Shown here piece by piece: positions 48,338 through 62,095 of a stretch of 64,000 nt of DNA. How positions within the stretch are numbered: the stretch's first letter is position 1; every line of letters begins with the position of its first letter. The position numbers and the translations under genes are program-made. The stretch lies in assembly GCA_964234715.1 (NCBI GenBank), contig OZ174279.1. The stretch is one strand, 5' to 3'. The notes beneath the pieces are model-generated. The model was not told the DNA's origin. It saw nothing but the letters and a program-made list of their open reading frames with translations, and ran no database searches. The DNA is from Podarcis melisellensis. Its lineage: Eukaryota.

Positions 48338-51300
48338 GCTTAGCATGATGTCCAAGCCCAGGATCATGGTTGTGCTTGATTGTGGTTTAATAGGGTGAAA
48401 CAAACCAAGATTATGGATTTGAATACCAGGCTATGCAGCTCAACTATCTCCATTGTGGTTTGTTTACTTGCTTGTGCAAGATGGAGGAAAGCAGCAGTGT
48501 TTGGACTGTGTGCACAAGTTAGTTTACTAAACCGTACTGAATGGCTTAGTGTAATGTGCAAACACTTGTCTTTTATTATCATAGACTTTTTTTAAAAAAG
48601 CAACAACATATTTTTGATGAACGCACATTGTTGCTGCTGTGTGCCTGGTGACCTATGCCTCTGTGTTAATTTTATCTGTTGAAAGGGAAGGACTCAGATC
48701 TCAGGCAGAAAACATACTTGGAAAGACATTTGATAAGAGGCCTTTTCTGTCCTTGGAGAGTCAGAATATTAGACAATACTGCACTGGCTTTGATAGAAGA
48801 TTGCTTATTATGTTCTTCTTAAAGAGGCTGTACTGTCACCCCTTCACAATCCTCTCAAAGCTTCTCCCATTTTTTGGCTGTGGTTGGAATGTGTCTTTTT
48901 GTTGTTGTTGTAGCAGCATACAGTTTATATTTTACTGGCCTTGCATCTGTGGGTGTTCATATTCAGCATTATCCCCACCTAAGAGTGCCTCTCTTGTCAT
49001 GTGGATAGTGCATCAATGGCATAATCAAGTGGGTGCTCTCCGCTGGTCTGGCAAACTGTCTGTTGTTTGTTCTACTCATTGCTTTCTGAAGCAGAAATCC
49101 TTGTGTGCTTAGCTACACCTGTGCATAAAAGACAGCAGTCACAAGCTTGCAAGGGTATCCTAGAGAGCAGCTGGGCTTCTGGTGTTTTGGCGCTCCAAAT
49201 GTGGAGCTACTAATGTCTTGCCCTTGCTTAGACTGGGTTATGGAGCCTTTGCATGCCTGTATGTTAGTAGTAGTGGTAGTAAGTAAGTAAGTCCCTGGGT
49301 GGCTCCTAACAAAATATTAGAAACAATTTTGGCTTTAGACCTATAACAGTTACCAGAGAATAATTCTCCTTAAATTTCAGTGTAGGCTTACTTTTGAATA
49401 GGCATGTATAGGATTGCCCTGTTGATGACAGTTTTGTTCTAGAAATTTGTTTTTGTTGATAGAGAATTACTAGGGTTTCTTCTTGAGCGTTTGTGCTCTG
49501 CAAACAAATCCAGAATGGTCCAGAGTGGATCATTAGACTTCCTTTATTTGTTGCTTTTTCACAAAAAAGCCACAGAACCCCGTCACCAATTGTTATGTAC
49601 AATTCTTATCCATGCATCTTTTAAAACCTTGTGTTCTTATTATGCAGTTACAACCACTGCTTTTCTCTCTCTCTCTGTGGGGGTACTCAAGGGTACACAG
49701 TACCAGAACCTTTATTTTCTAGTAGAAAAGTACAGGTTGCAATTATTTTGTTCTTGCAGTCATTCACGCTGGCATCTGATGGGTCTGCAGCCTGTAAGTT
49801 TTATCCAAGGAAGAGGGTTAGACAGGCACATCCATAGGGAGAGTCCAGCTCTCCCTCCCATTCACTGTGGATGCATATCTGAGGTATAAGTCTGAAAGTG
49901 GGAGCATAAGCAAATGTCCTGGAAGCAAATTAAAATGCACAAGGCATTAAGACTGGTGTCTGAAACAGGTATGTCCATATATGAGCTTCACGGTGCATTG
50001 TCTAGTGGCAGGCATTTTGCACATAGTTTCAAAGTCTAGAGAAGAGTTTTGGAATTAATTTCCAGTCTGCATGCCTCGCGTTGCACAAGGGCTCAGTAAA
50101 CAAACACAAGACCTGTGTTGTTAAGGCTGCAAGCTTTTATAGCTGTTTGCTGAGGACCAACTTCAATGGGGATACAAATTAAGAATTTGAAGGTAGCATT
50201 TCCTTCTAACGACATATTATGTTTGCTTTATATAAAATTGCCATACATACATTACATTCTTTACAGATAAACTTAAGCAAAAAGGGGGGGTTGCTTGCAA
50301 TGTAGAGACAGAGGCAAAGGGTTTCAAAGAGTCTGAAAATGAACAAGTGCAATTGCATGCATTTAGCTTATAGAAGAGGAGGATTGTGAATGGCAACTTG
50401 CAATTTTATAAACCAAAGCTTTCTTGCACTTCCTTCAGTATCTCAAAAAGGCAACTCTCCTGTAGTTTTAATAATATGCAGATGTATCCAAGCAAGAGGA
50501 GGTAGTTAATCAGCTGATAGCCCTGTGTATTGTAGGGGGAAAACACCCCACAACTTGTAGTGCTTACACATGTTTTGAAAAGTGTTTGATGTGGGTCAGT
50601 GGTGTGAAGTAGTACCTGAGCCCTGCTCCACGTTCCAGATCTTAGGAATATGTCATTTGTAAGTTTGCCTTCTGTTGTTGAACTGGGTAAAATTTCTGTA
50701 AAACCTTTCCCAATACAGTAGTTTCAAACAGAGCTTTCTGAACTTTTCATGTTGGTGATACAGTACTCTTTTTAAACAAGTGTCATTTTGCGAAACAGTA
50801 ACTAAGTTTTACTAGGAAACAGGAGACTAAACTAACCCCTTTCCAGCCCTGGTAGGAGCAAGCTCTGGTTTTTTGTTTTATTAAAGATTTTGTTGATTTA
50901 CAAAAGTGTACAATATATCTCTCTCGCGTTTTTTCTTCCCTTGTAACATTTTTACAAATCAGTTTCATTTGTGGAGACATTAGGAAGAAAAGGGGAAAGA
51001 GGTGGAGGAGGGGAAAGATGGGTGGGGGTGGGGTCGGGTGGCGATGTTTCTATTTTACTTACTATATGTAGGGTTTGGTGTGAGCGTTGCTTGTGCAGGT
51101 TCTTTGCTGTTCGCTTGTGTTCCTTTGGTGGTGAGAGAGGTTTGGTAAGCTCTGGCTTAAAGGAAGCAGTTTGTGTGGGAATGCCTTACTTTGCCAGAAG
51201 AGGTCCCTATTTGACAACTTATTGAAGTTTTTGATATGCTTTAAATAAAAATAGAACCGAGCTGTCCTGGTGTTAAATGCAATGGTAATGAATAAAATAA

Positions 51301-51503
51301 TACAGCAATGATTAAAAGGTATAGATCTAGTATTAAAGTAGCTGTTGACTTTTGTGGTTCATATTGATGGCTTTGCTGTGCACCCTTTAGAGATTTTTAA
51401 AATATGAAGTGGTTTAGAAATGAGCTTTAGGTGTGGAAGGAAAACAGCAAATGATTGTGGATGAAAAGTGGTGGGAACCCACTGACCTTCTAGATGTTGC
51501 TGA

Positions 51504-51652
51504 ACAGCGCCACCCGCGTCCCTCTACCCACAGCGCCACCCGCGTCCCTCTACCCACAGCGCCACCCGTGTCCCTCTACCCACAGCGCCACCCGCGTCCC
51601 TCTACCCACAGCGCCACCCGCGTCCCTCTACCCACAGCGCCACCCGTGTCCC
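51504..51652. repeat. 26-bp minisatellite (~5.7 units) derived from the Sauria SINE 5' end
   Basis: Unit acagcgccacccgcgtccctctaccc; ACCCACAGCGCCACCCGCGTCCC matches 14409-14431. Confidence 0.9.
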
Positions 51653-53789
51653 ATTCTTAGATGTGCTCATTCATATATCAGCTTGCGTCCCTATAATTCA
51701 CAGAGAACCTAATGGCATGTACCATGCCAGAGGCACCTGAAAGTAAAAATAGTGTTTCTGATCTTAACCTGCCATATTTATGTCAACAAAAAGGCTTGTG
51801 GCACCTTAAAGATGGAGCAGATTTATTACGGCATAAGCATTTGTGCATCAGGGTGCACTTGGACCTTGGTGCATGAAAGCATATGCTACAATAAATGTGT
51901 TAAGGTGCCACAAATCTCAGTTGTTTTATTTTTTGTGGCAAACGACTAAGACAGCTACTTATTTGGAAGATGGCACGTTTATGACAACATCAAACAACTT
52001 GCACTGCTTGAAGGAGAAAGGCCTGTGGCAGAGATTTTGGCAGGAAACCCCCCCCCCCATTTGCATTATCTTTTTCAACCATCTTCTAAAACTTTTTAAA
52101 CAAGCAGGCTTTTTAAAATCCCAAAACCCATTCACTCAGGGGACTGAATGGAGGCCTGGGGCTACTTGACCTTTACCGAAGTTAAAATGGTTACCAATGC
52201 AGGGGATTGTCCCATATTAGGTTGTTGTTGGTGCCTGTACGGCAAATTTGCGCGGTTTCCTTACAAACATTGTTTTTCAGAGCATAAGCGTCTCTCTCAC
52301 CATGGAACAGAACTCTTGCAGACTTCCTTTCCTTAGGAAAGTTAATGCTGAGCTGTTTCCCCCTTTCCTCTTCAGCTCTCTGGTTTCACAAATAGCATTG
52401 TGGCAGCAAGAGTTAACAACAAAGATCTGTGAAAGGAAATCTCCACCACTTGGAAACAGCTTGGCAACAGTCCTCATTTGAAGAAGTGGGGGGGGGGTGA
52501 GAAGAGAAAATAAAATGAAAATACTGTAAATCCATTCTCTGGGCAGAATTGGCAACAACAGGAAAGAATCCCCCCCCCACCCGCGATTGTTGCAAAATTC
52601 TGCTTAGCTTTGAATTTTGCCTTTAAAAAAGGGGGGGGGGGCAATATCATGTGAACTTTTAGCTCTCTTCCTTTGTTGGCCTGCTGTGTCTTGCCCATTT
52701 TATCTCTTTGAAAGGACCGCTGTAAATCTCCACCACACATTCCTTGCAGGGGAAATTTTCTGATTTCTTATGCCATGCCTTTTAGTTTTCTTATCTTGGT
52801 GCTCAGAGTGACATATGCTTAAGCCTATCGAAAGCAAACCTAGGCCACAGCACCCTTAGCAGCCTGGCCAGTAAGGAGTTCCTGGGCCAAGCCAAAGTAA
52901 AATGAATTCCTATTGCCAGCTTGTAAGGAGCCAGTGTAGTTTGGCTAGTATCTTAACATCCATAGCATGAGCATTGTATTAACAGCCTTCCATGCCTTCA
53001 AACGTTACCATTTTCGGGCACTGCCTGGGTTCCCTTTACATTCCTCCTGATGTTTATTGGGCCGAATGCCTTTTCACTACTTTTCCTTTGGCTCAGTGGC
53101 CTCCTATAAATATTTGGCTTCTGCTTGGCAGCTGCAGTGCAGGTTGGCAGCGTTGTAGTAGGAGGAAGCATAATATTTAAAGAGCGTGTCCCATTTATGC
53201 ATGGTTGCCACTTAATCCAATGCTTTCTCAGATGAAACTTGCTGACCGTAGAGAGAGACTCCGAAAGGTGAGGGATGTGATAATGTTAGGGTGGGCAAAG
53301 ATATTTCGTAGCCCTACCTGGAGTTGCCAGGGACTGAACCTGCGATCACCTGCTTACAAATAATCGACTCTATGACTGAGCTAGCTGCAGACATTAAACA
53401 GTTTTCCACAGAAATGTTTTAGAAGCCAGTAGTGAAAAACGCCACAACGGTTTACTAGCAGAGCTGGCCCTACTATTAGGCAGAGTGAGGCCACTGCCTC
53501 ATGAAGCTGATTTTGGGTGTCATGAAATAGTAGCAAATTATTGTTTTGATTGTTGTTGTTTCACTCCCAAGGTGAGATGCCTGTGAGATTTTTTTTTTCC
53601 ATTTTGGGGGCCAAAATGTGAGTACTACACACCTTGACTGGGGGAGGGCACTTGGAATTTCTGCCTCAGGTAGGAAAATGTATTGGGCTGACTCTGCAAA
53701 AGAAACACCAAAGCAAAAGACATTCGGAAGATTTGTATATGTGGTGGGCCTCCTTAGGCAGGGCAAGATCTGTTTTGCTGGGTCTGGTC

Positions 53790-53812
53790 TGTGTGTGTGT
53801 GTGTGTGTGTGT
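53790..53812. repeat. (TG)n microsatellite
   Basis: Direct reading. Confidence 0.9.
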
Positions 53813-55129
53813 ATCTTCTCTCAGTCTCTGTTCTGATGTCTGCAGCTGAATCTGAAGAGAATCCTGAAACTGAACTTATATATTTATATTAGTTGGACCT
53901 GGAAGCTTTTGCTTTTCTTCCCTTGTGCTATGGTGCTGCTCTCTGTTTTAGTTTTTTTTTGGGTGGGGCAAAACTGCAGACTGCAGGTGAAAATGGATGG
54001 TGGATGAGACACGAGGAGTAATAAGCTTGGGGCTGCTTCGTGCATTCGGCGAAATAGTGGGAAAGGGATGCGCAACTGACGTGCTTCCAGGTATCGCGAA
54101 AGGAGAACGGGTGCATCTCTCCTGCAAAGTGATGCACATTTGGAACACTGACATCTTGCCAGAGAGGAGCTAACAGTTCCTTATGAAACTGCTGAGTCAA
54201 CATTGTGCCAGCCATCTCAGGACCTGGTTCACTGCGGAAATGATTAGCAGTTCAGTGCAATAAGATGGATATATTTTAAAAATTGACTTGAAGTATTGTT
54301 GCATGTTAAGACTAATGGACCTCATATTACCTGCCAGGAGAGTGGTTAATACTAAATCAAGCAATTTCTGGTGCTTCCACCGACCTACACCGTAAGAAAT
54401 GAGTCTTGAGTCTTTGCTCCAAGCAGATTGTAATTTAGATTTTTAAACAGTAGCGGAAGTGATAAGGGATATGCAGAAAAGTTATCGGCTAGGATGAAGC
54501 TGAATGAATGCAATCAAGTGCAGTTGCACGTAGGCTATTTTCCATTAGCATCTCCCTTTTCAAAGAGAGAAGCTTTTATTAATTCTCCTCACTTCTCCAA
54601 ATACTCAAGGCTGCCTATGCTTTTGAAAAACAAGATGAAAACCATAGACATCAGTATGCAGCCCCTGTAAAGCCAGCCAGTCGAAGTAGATAATGACACA
54701 TTCTTATGTGATTGTATACCAGTCCCTGCCTGTTTAATTTTATATACTGATAGTTGGGTGGGAATAAAATATTTTAGTAATTACCTTGAGAGTGTTGGAG
54801 CATTTCAAGGAAAGAACAACCAGCAGTCAATTCCTTGTTTTACGGATTCTGCTTTTCCTCCTGGATTGGTGGTTGCTGAGACATCTCCTGAAAAGGAGAA
54901 TAAACGCGAAAAGCGAATGATGGCAGAAAGCTACATCTAGAAAAGCATCCCTGTCAGGGGAGATGGTGGTGTTTCTCAAAGGTGCAGAAGAAGCCCGTCC
55001 AGCGGTTCGATTCCTGAGCTGAGAAATCTGCGCTTTCCTCATCTTCTGTAGGAAACCTTGTCCTGCTTTGGCAGTCTCTCTAGCCTGTGGTCTCCTAGTG
55101 CCTTGTGGCTTTGGTTGCCAGGAATCCCA

Positions 55130-55621
55130 AGCTTTTCATTGGCAGAGAAGCCCACTGAGCTGGCCCTCTTTTTATATAAAGCCCACCCCCACACCCTCCA
55201 GCACACAGACAGCCGAGGCTGTTCTGCTCAGAGTGTGCAGATTCCCGGGGCTCTGCCGGCCCCTGTTTTCATTGGCAAACGGGATAGGATTTTTGATCTC
55301 TCGAAAACAAAAGTGCTACAGTCTCTCGGCTTCGGCTGAGAAGACTCTGCTGCAGCAATTGTTTTGCCCCCCCCCACCCCCAGAGATGGTTTTAACTGCT
55401 TAGCCACCGAAGTAGCAGCGGCGACAGCAGCAGCAAAGCCTTTGATGGAACGTCCTGAGAATTTGCAGAGAGAAAGGAGGGAAGAAGCTCCCTTTTAAAT
55501 CGCTCCCGAGAAAGTTGGGCGGCATCGTTTGAATCGCCGAAGTTTATGTATTTATTTATTGTTGTTCTTCAGTGCACCGGGAAAAGGATACTGGATGCGC
55601 TCCCTTTATTCCTCAAGTCAG
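55130..55621 (+). promoter_or_regulatory. Possible secondary promoter or alternative first exon in PALD1 intron 1
   Basis: Inverted CCAAT (ATTGG ~55138), TATATAAA (~55173), local CpG enrichment, donor CAG|GTATCT at 55622. Confidence 0.35.
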
Positions 55622-57014
55622 GTATCTTCGGAATTTTCTCCTCTCTGCTGTTCTCTTTTATGGTTCGAAACCCTCTCCTCCCACACTCTGGGATGGAAAA
55701 AGGGTCAGTTCTTCCATGGATGTAGAAATCTTTGATACCTGTCCCTCTTCATCTCAGCTCCTCACTTACTGATTTCTGTGGCTATTTAGTAGGCTTGTTT
55801 GTTTATATATCTATAAAAGCAAATCAGAAATGTCAGGTGCTTAGCCCTTGGATTTTCTATTTTAATTCTCAGGTTTGTGGAAGGTGCCTTACATTCTTGG
55901 GTGTTGCATGTTGTCTTGATGCTGTTGAAATGCAATTTGCTTTGAGCATTGAGGAGCACATTGGAAACATAAAAAATTTGCTACCTTTCTGCACCAATGT
56001 GTCTTTTTTAAGCTATATGAAACAAAAGTAATCTTTCACAAACTGGAGATTGACTTTTAAAAAAGAAAGAAATCAAGCAGATCAATACGTATCGTTTATA
56101 TACAGCTTTAGGTTGTTCAATGTATTATCTAGACTTTTAAAAAAGCAAGCAAGCAAGCAGATCAATAGGTAACGTTTATATACAGCTTTAGGTTGTTCAG
56201 TGTATTACCTAGATAAAAACCCTGATATATGACCAACAGGAAGTTATGAATGTTGGGCTTATCTGTGGAATGGAAAATTATTCTCTCTGTAATCAAGGAG
56301 GGACTACTCCCCCCCTTTTTCTGTTATTGTTTTTGAAGCTAGGATTCTGAGAATTCTAATTTGGAACTTGTGGACAATAAAAAATGTCATTGAGACCCTA
56401 GGTGGGCAGTATGTGGTGCGTCCTCGCTATCTCTGTTTTTCTTTTATTTTTCTTAAGGACTAGCATGCTGATCTGGAAGTGAATGCTGCTGACAGTGGAA
56501 TGCGATTCCAAGTGCGCTTAGAATTAAAGCCATAGTTTTATTTCTTCTCGTGCCAGATTTGGAAAACTCCCATGCAGCAAGTTTCTTTGGCAGTCTCCCA
56601 AGTCTATTTGTGCCTCCCATGGCTTGTTTGTAAGCCTAACGGTTTTCAAGACAGTATACTCTAGCAAATGGGGGTGGGGAACCCATTGTTTCCCTGGCAG
56701 AGGCTAAAGGCACTTTGTGGTGAAAAGGGGAAGGAAAGGCCTTGTGTGATGTTATGCTGAATGGTTTATTTGTTTTTTAAATGCTTGATTGTTCATACTT
56801 GCATCTGTACATCAAATACATATCTTCCTTATTTTACATAAGTCAGTTTTATCAAAATGAAAACCCAACAAAAGAATATAAGTCCTCCTACAATATATTT
56901 AGTAAATAAGTTTGACTTCCTGTCCTTTCCCAATTTTTCCACTCTAATAAACCTATTGCCTCATGAAACAATAATTCTGTTTTCTCCCTTTTATATGCCG
57001 AATGTTTTAAGGGA

Positions 57015-57474
57015 TGGACTTAGGGCCAGGTCCTTTTCAGTGATGGCTCCAACCTGGTGGAATGCTCTGTCCCATGAGACTAGGGCCCTACGGGCCTGTA
57101 AGACAGAGCTATTCCACCTGGCCTTTAATTTGAATTCAGCCTGATCTTTGATTTTCCCTTTCTCCTCCCCTCCCCTTTTATGAAGATTACTCGTTCTGAG
57201 ACCCCACAGCTAATTCTCCCCTGGCCTCCTCGCTGGCCCACGTAGGACTAATTCAACCAGCTAGCCCTGGTGACTATCTAATGTTTATTGGATAGATTTC
57301 CCCCAAATTGATTTTTGAACTTTGAATTTTATTGCCATTCCTGCATTTATGCTGTATTTTATGCTGCTTCTATGTTGTATTAAAATTAAGTGTTTTAAAT
57401 TTGTTGTTAGCTGCCCTGAGCCCGGTTTTCTGAACCGGGAAGGGCGGGGTATAAATAAAAAAAATATTATTATT
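57015..57474 (+). mobile_element. L2-like LINE 3' end
   Basis: RARSFSVMAPTWWNALSHETR…KTELFHLAF ORF2 C-terminus, 3'UTR with a terminal stem-loop (CCCGGTT…AACCGGG) and (TAT)n tail. Confidence 0.7.
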
Positions 57475-58169
57475 AGGCTGCAATCGTGTATCCCAGGAGT
57501 AAGCCCCCATTGAACTCAATGGAGCTTATACCTGAATATGTTGTTATAGGATTGTGCTGTTAGTTAGCTCGGAGGGCATCAGAACATTTTGCATAGCCAT
57601 GTGCAGCCCATGAGCCTGTTTGAAACCTTCAGAATGAGGGTAGGGGAAGGTTTGAAATGGGTTTGTGTCCCGGGAGTGGCTTCATTGGTCTGCTGTAGCA
57701 AAAGCAACCTTATAGCTGCAGCTGGTTTACTGTGTTATATACAAATCATATCCACACCATGGCTTCCCCCAAGGAATCCTGGGAACTGCAGTTTATGAAG
57801 AGTGCTGGGGATAGTAGTTCTCTGAGGGGGTAAACCACAGATCCCAGGATTGTTTGGGGGAAGTGACGTGCTTCACATGTGTGGTACGGATGTGACCCCA
57901 AGGTTTTTGTGGGCTAGAAACTTGCCCCATCTTCATCAAAGATGTTTGAAGTAGTTTTCTTTCTACTCTCTCTTGTATTGCTCAAACCATTGGCTTACCT
58001 TTTGTATGGGAGAAAAAAAAAACCTATGTGTGTAGGACAATGGACCTACCCCAGCAAACACTTGATGCATGTGATATAGTAGGATAGTGGTTTTCATCTT
58101 TTTCAAGTCCACGTCTTTCTTGACAAGCTACATTCTTTCTGCGGCTTCCTTGTGGAAGCCACTTATACT

Positions 58170-58521
58170 GGGATGCGGGTGTCACTGTGGTCTAAACCAC
58201 TGAGCCTCCTGGACTTGCCAATCAGAAGGTTGGCGGTTCAAATCCCTGCAATGGAGTGAGCTCCGGTTGCTCTGTCCCAGTTCCTGCCAACCTAGCAGTT
58301 TGAAAGCACACCAGTGCAAGTATATAAATCGGTACCACTATGGCTTCCATCACAGTGTTCTGTTGCACCAGAAGCGGTTTAGTCATGTTGGCCACATGAC
58401 CCGGAAAACTGTCTGTGGACAAATGCCACCTCCCTCGGCCTGAAAGCGAGATGAGCGCCGCAACCCTATTATCACCTCTGACTGGACTTAACCGCACAGT
58501 GGTCCTTTACCTTTTACCTTT
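58170..58521 (+). mobile_element. Sauria SINE, more diverged
   Basis: GGGATGCGGGT head, shared body, CCTTTACCTTTTACC tail. Confidence 0.85.
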
Positions 58522-59862
58522 TTACACTGGGGTTCCATTATGGGATGCTTTCACCTTGAGCAAATAGACTCTTCCTACCCTTGCTGTCGGCAAACTGTAA
58601 CAATGAAGTCACAGCTGACAAGAGGAAGCTCTGGTCCCTACGTTTTTTTTTTGGCTTCCTTAACCAGGCAGCCAAGAATGATGCCTAGGAACTCAGACTT
58701 CCCCTAACTGGTGCCCTCAAGATTTTGCTGGACTACAACTTCTATCATCCCTGACCATTGGCCATGCTAGATTGGACTGATGGGAGCTGGAGTGCAGCAA
58801 TATCTGGTAGAAAAAAGGATGAGGTAACTGGAGAACCGAAGTTTCCTGAACAACGTCTACGGGGCTGCTGTTTTCTTTTGTTTGTGTTTGGCATGTACGA
58901 GGTCTAATTTTTGAAAAGAGGAGTCCTGGGGTTTGGGCTTTTATGGCGCTCCCTCTGCTTCATCTGCAAGCCCTACCACACCCTAGATGTGTGAGGTGGG
59001 AATGCAGCCTGCATCTTCAGAAGCCCTTAGGTTGGTTCATGCGTGCCTCGGCTAGTCTTGACATTGGTAATGGGTATCAGGACTGAGGTCTGGCTCAAAT
59101 TAAGCCCTGGATGTTGAGTAGAACTCTAAAATTACACTTCTTCAGGCACTGAGACGTGTCTATTATGGAGGGTGTGCTGCCAGCTGTCTGACGGGATCAG
59201 CCTTTGTGTTCCTAACCCGGCTCCAAACCATGCCTTGTCACAGAACTATTGTTAAGAGGCTGCTATAAGGAGCTATAAGGCAGTCTGTCTGTCTGCCTCT
59301 GGATGTCTTTCTGTCTTGTTTTCAGTAATTTGGTGGAGTAGTGAAGCAATCTTAAGCTTGCATGTGCCAGAAAAGTAATTGGCACATGTGCTCCCCTACC
59401 CAGATTAGGCCACGCCCAAATCTAGTCACACGCAGAGGAAGTTTGTCCCAGCTCAGGAGGAAACAGTTAGTTTTCTCCTGGTTGGTATGAAGCATCCCTT
59501 AGCATGTCTATTCTAGGAATGTTGTACTTGACTGCTAGGTGTTTCATATCCCACTGTGGGTGGGTGGGGGGCACTCCCATGCGTGCAGGGCAGGGGTAGC
59601 CCTGTTTGTTATCAGTATTAACCCACATGGCCAAATATGATACCAAGCATGACTTCATCTTGCTATCTGGCCTGATCCTGGATTGGGTGGGATTACTCAA
59701 GGAGGTATATAGAATGGCAGCAAAGTTGAGAAATGTATACTGCAAAGTATACAGCTGGGCAAGGAGAGGATGGGGGGGGCATCATTTGCCCCCTCCAAAA
59801 TCACAACTTTCTTTTTGTCCTGAGAATGTCCAAACATTCAGCCACAGCCCTAATTCACTGTA

Positions 59863-60059
59863 CAGTGGTACCTCGGGTTAAGAACTTAATTCATTCTGGA
59901 GGTCCGTTCTTAACCTGAAACTGTTCTTAACCTGAGGTACCACTTTAGCTAATGGGGCCTCCCGCTGCCGCTGTGCGAAGCAAAGTTCTTAACCCGAGGT
60001 ACTATTTCTGGGTTAGCGGAGTCTGTAACCTGAAGTGTCTGTAACCCGAGGTACCACTG
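59863..60059. mobile_element. Tc1/mariner MITE, family B, internal deletion
   Basis: Same TIRs and TA TSD. Confidence 0.9.
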
Positions 60060-60998
60060 TACAGAAATTAACACAAGGTGGGACTGTCAAATCCACTTAT
60101 TTACTTTTGCTGTCATTTTGAAAACTGCTGTTACTGAAACAAGCAGACTGAGGATTGTGGCATAGGTTGCATTTTTTAAAAATTCAGACTTTGTTTACAT
60201 ACAAATGTATTTCTAAGCTGCATAACATTTTAAACATCTGTAAAACGAAAACACTAAAACAATGTAATAAAAGCTGAGAGGAAAAACAGAAGTCCAGAGG
60301 TCTTCAGGGGTCCAGTCTTATGGATCAGAGAAAGCCTTTGCGCATATGCCTTTACAAGACTCCTAAAGCAAACAATTGAAGGTGTTTCTCTTTTATATAC
60401 AAATATGATCTCCAGTTTATTTACAAATATGATCTTAATGGATGTTTGACTTTGGAAACCATGATGTTTCCAATCTATTATGTAACGTTAAAGAAGTATT
60501 TGTAATTCATGATTTTGAATCGGGTATGCGCCCCAAATGCTATTTAACCAGGAAAAATAAATATTGGGAGGAATCGACTTGGTTCTCTGTTTTGCCAGTT
60601 TCCCCTCTGCTTTGGCAGAGACTGTGGCAATGGGGATGGATCGGCTAAGATAATCTCTGCTCTTCTGTTTGTTCTCCTGTTGGTTCAAGCAACCTCGTCT
60701 CCCAGAATCGCAGAATAGGTACAACCCAATGAAAACAATACATGTAAAATCATGCTAGTTACATAAATTTCCGACCTTATGCATATGTGCCCCATTGCAT
60801 TCAACGAAATCTTACCTGCATATAAGACAGCACAGTGCAGGATTGCAACCTCCCTCAAGATCCCTTGAAATTAGTGGAGCTTATTTCTGAGTAGACATGT
60901 ATGGGATTGCATTAGATGCATGCTCAACTTAAGGAGATTGACATTTTTATGGCATTCAGTGTCGCAAAATGTGGAATTGTCTGCTAGGATAGATAGTT

Positions 60999-61000
<2 letters not shown>

Positions 61001-61043
<43 letters not shown>
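61001..61043. repeat. (TAA)n microsatellite
   Basis: Direct reading. Confidence 0.95.
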
Positions 61044-61046
<3 letters not shown>

Positions 61047-61888
61047 GCAGATGATGGAGGATTGGCTGCTATTAGTCTTGATAGCTAAATAGAAGCCTCC
61101 ATCATCACAGGCAGACCCTGCTTGTCATCTTCCCAAAAGCAATTGGATAGCAATTGTTGGAAATGCCATTTCAGTGTTTTGTATACCAAACAGATCACGG
61201 CGCTTTGCAAGGGAGGTCCTCCTTCCTGCCAGTAATACCCATTAGGATATCTCTTCTGTGCAAGGTAAGAATTGTGTATTTTCTGTGGTGGCACCTAAAC
61301 ATCTCTGTTGTCTTTTTGAGATGAGCATAAACAGTTGTGGACTGTAAAGTGGGACGTCTGCTAAAACCTTTGTTTGCACTGGGCAGGGTGGTGTGCAGGG
61401 TTAAAGAGCCCTTGTGCTTTGGCAGCTCCCAGAGAGATGCATAATGAGACGTGGTGTTTGGGAAGCTCACAAGGACTTCAGTTGTTGTCTCCTGCAGTTA
61501 TATGCTGCTGGCCAGCTCGTATTTTCCATTGCAAGTCTTGGCCTTCTTCCACCTCACTCACCTTCTTTCATGCTCATAGCTCCTAGAAACCTTATTGACA
61601 TTTATATTCTAACTTTCCTCAAAGAACTTCAAGGGGGTACACACGCATGGTTCTCTGTATCTCCATTTTGTCCTCAAAAGGCTGAGAGACTTTGGGCAAA
61701 TGGCCCAAAGTCACACAGCCAGCTTTGTGGCAGAATGGGGATTTGAACTCTTGACCTCTTGGGTCCTAACCTGACACTTTAACCACTATACCACATTGGC
61801 TGTCCTGATGGGAGTTGCAGTCCAACAACTTTTTGAGGACCACAGATTCCCCATCTCTCCTGTAAAGGCTGTTAATCTGACAAAAATA

Positions 61889-62095
61889 CAGTTGTACCTT
61901 GGTTGACGAATGCCTTAGCAGTTGAACGTTTTGACTCCTGAAAGCTGCAAACCCAGAAGTGAGTGTTCTGGTTTGTAAATGTTCTTTCGGAAACCAAACA
62001 TCCGGCAGGTCTCCTGTGGCCGATTGGAAGCCGCGCCTTTTGGAAGTCGAAGGGACTTCCGGAACGGCTTCCTTTCGGCTTCCAAGGTACGGCTG
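61889..62095. mobile_element. Tc1/mariner (Tigger-like) MITE
   Basis: TA|CAGTTGTACCTTGG…CCAAGGTACGGCTG|TA. Confidence 0.75.

Noticed and set aside
59606-59881. 91-aa ORF as a PALD1 coding exon
   Set aside because: No similarity to the paladin N-terminus that I can recognise; it ends inside a MITE.
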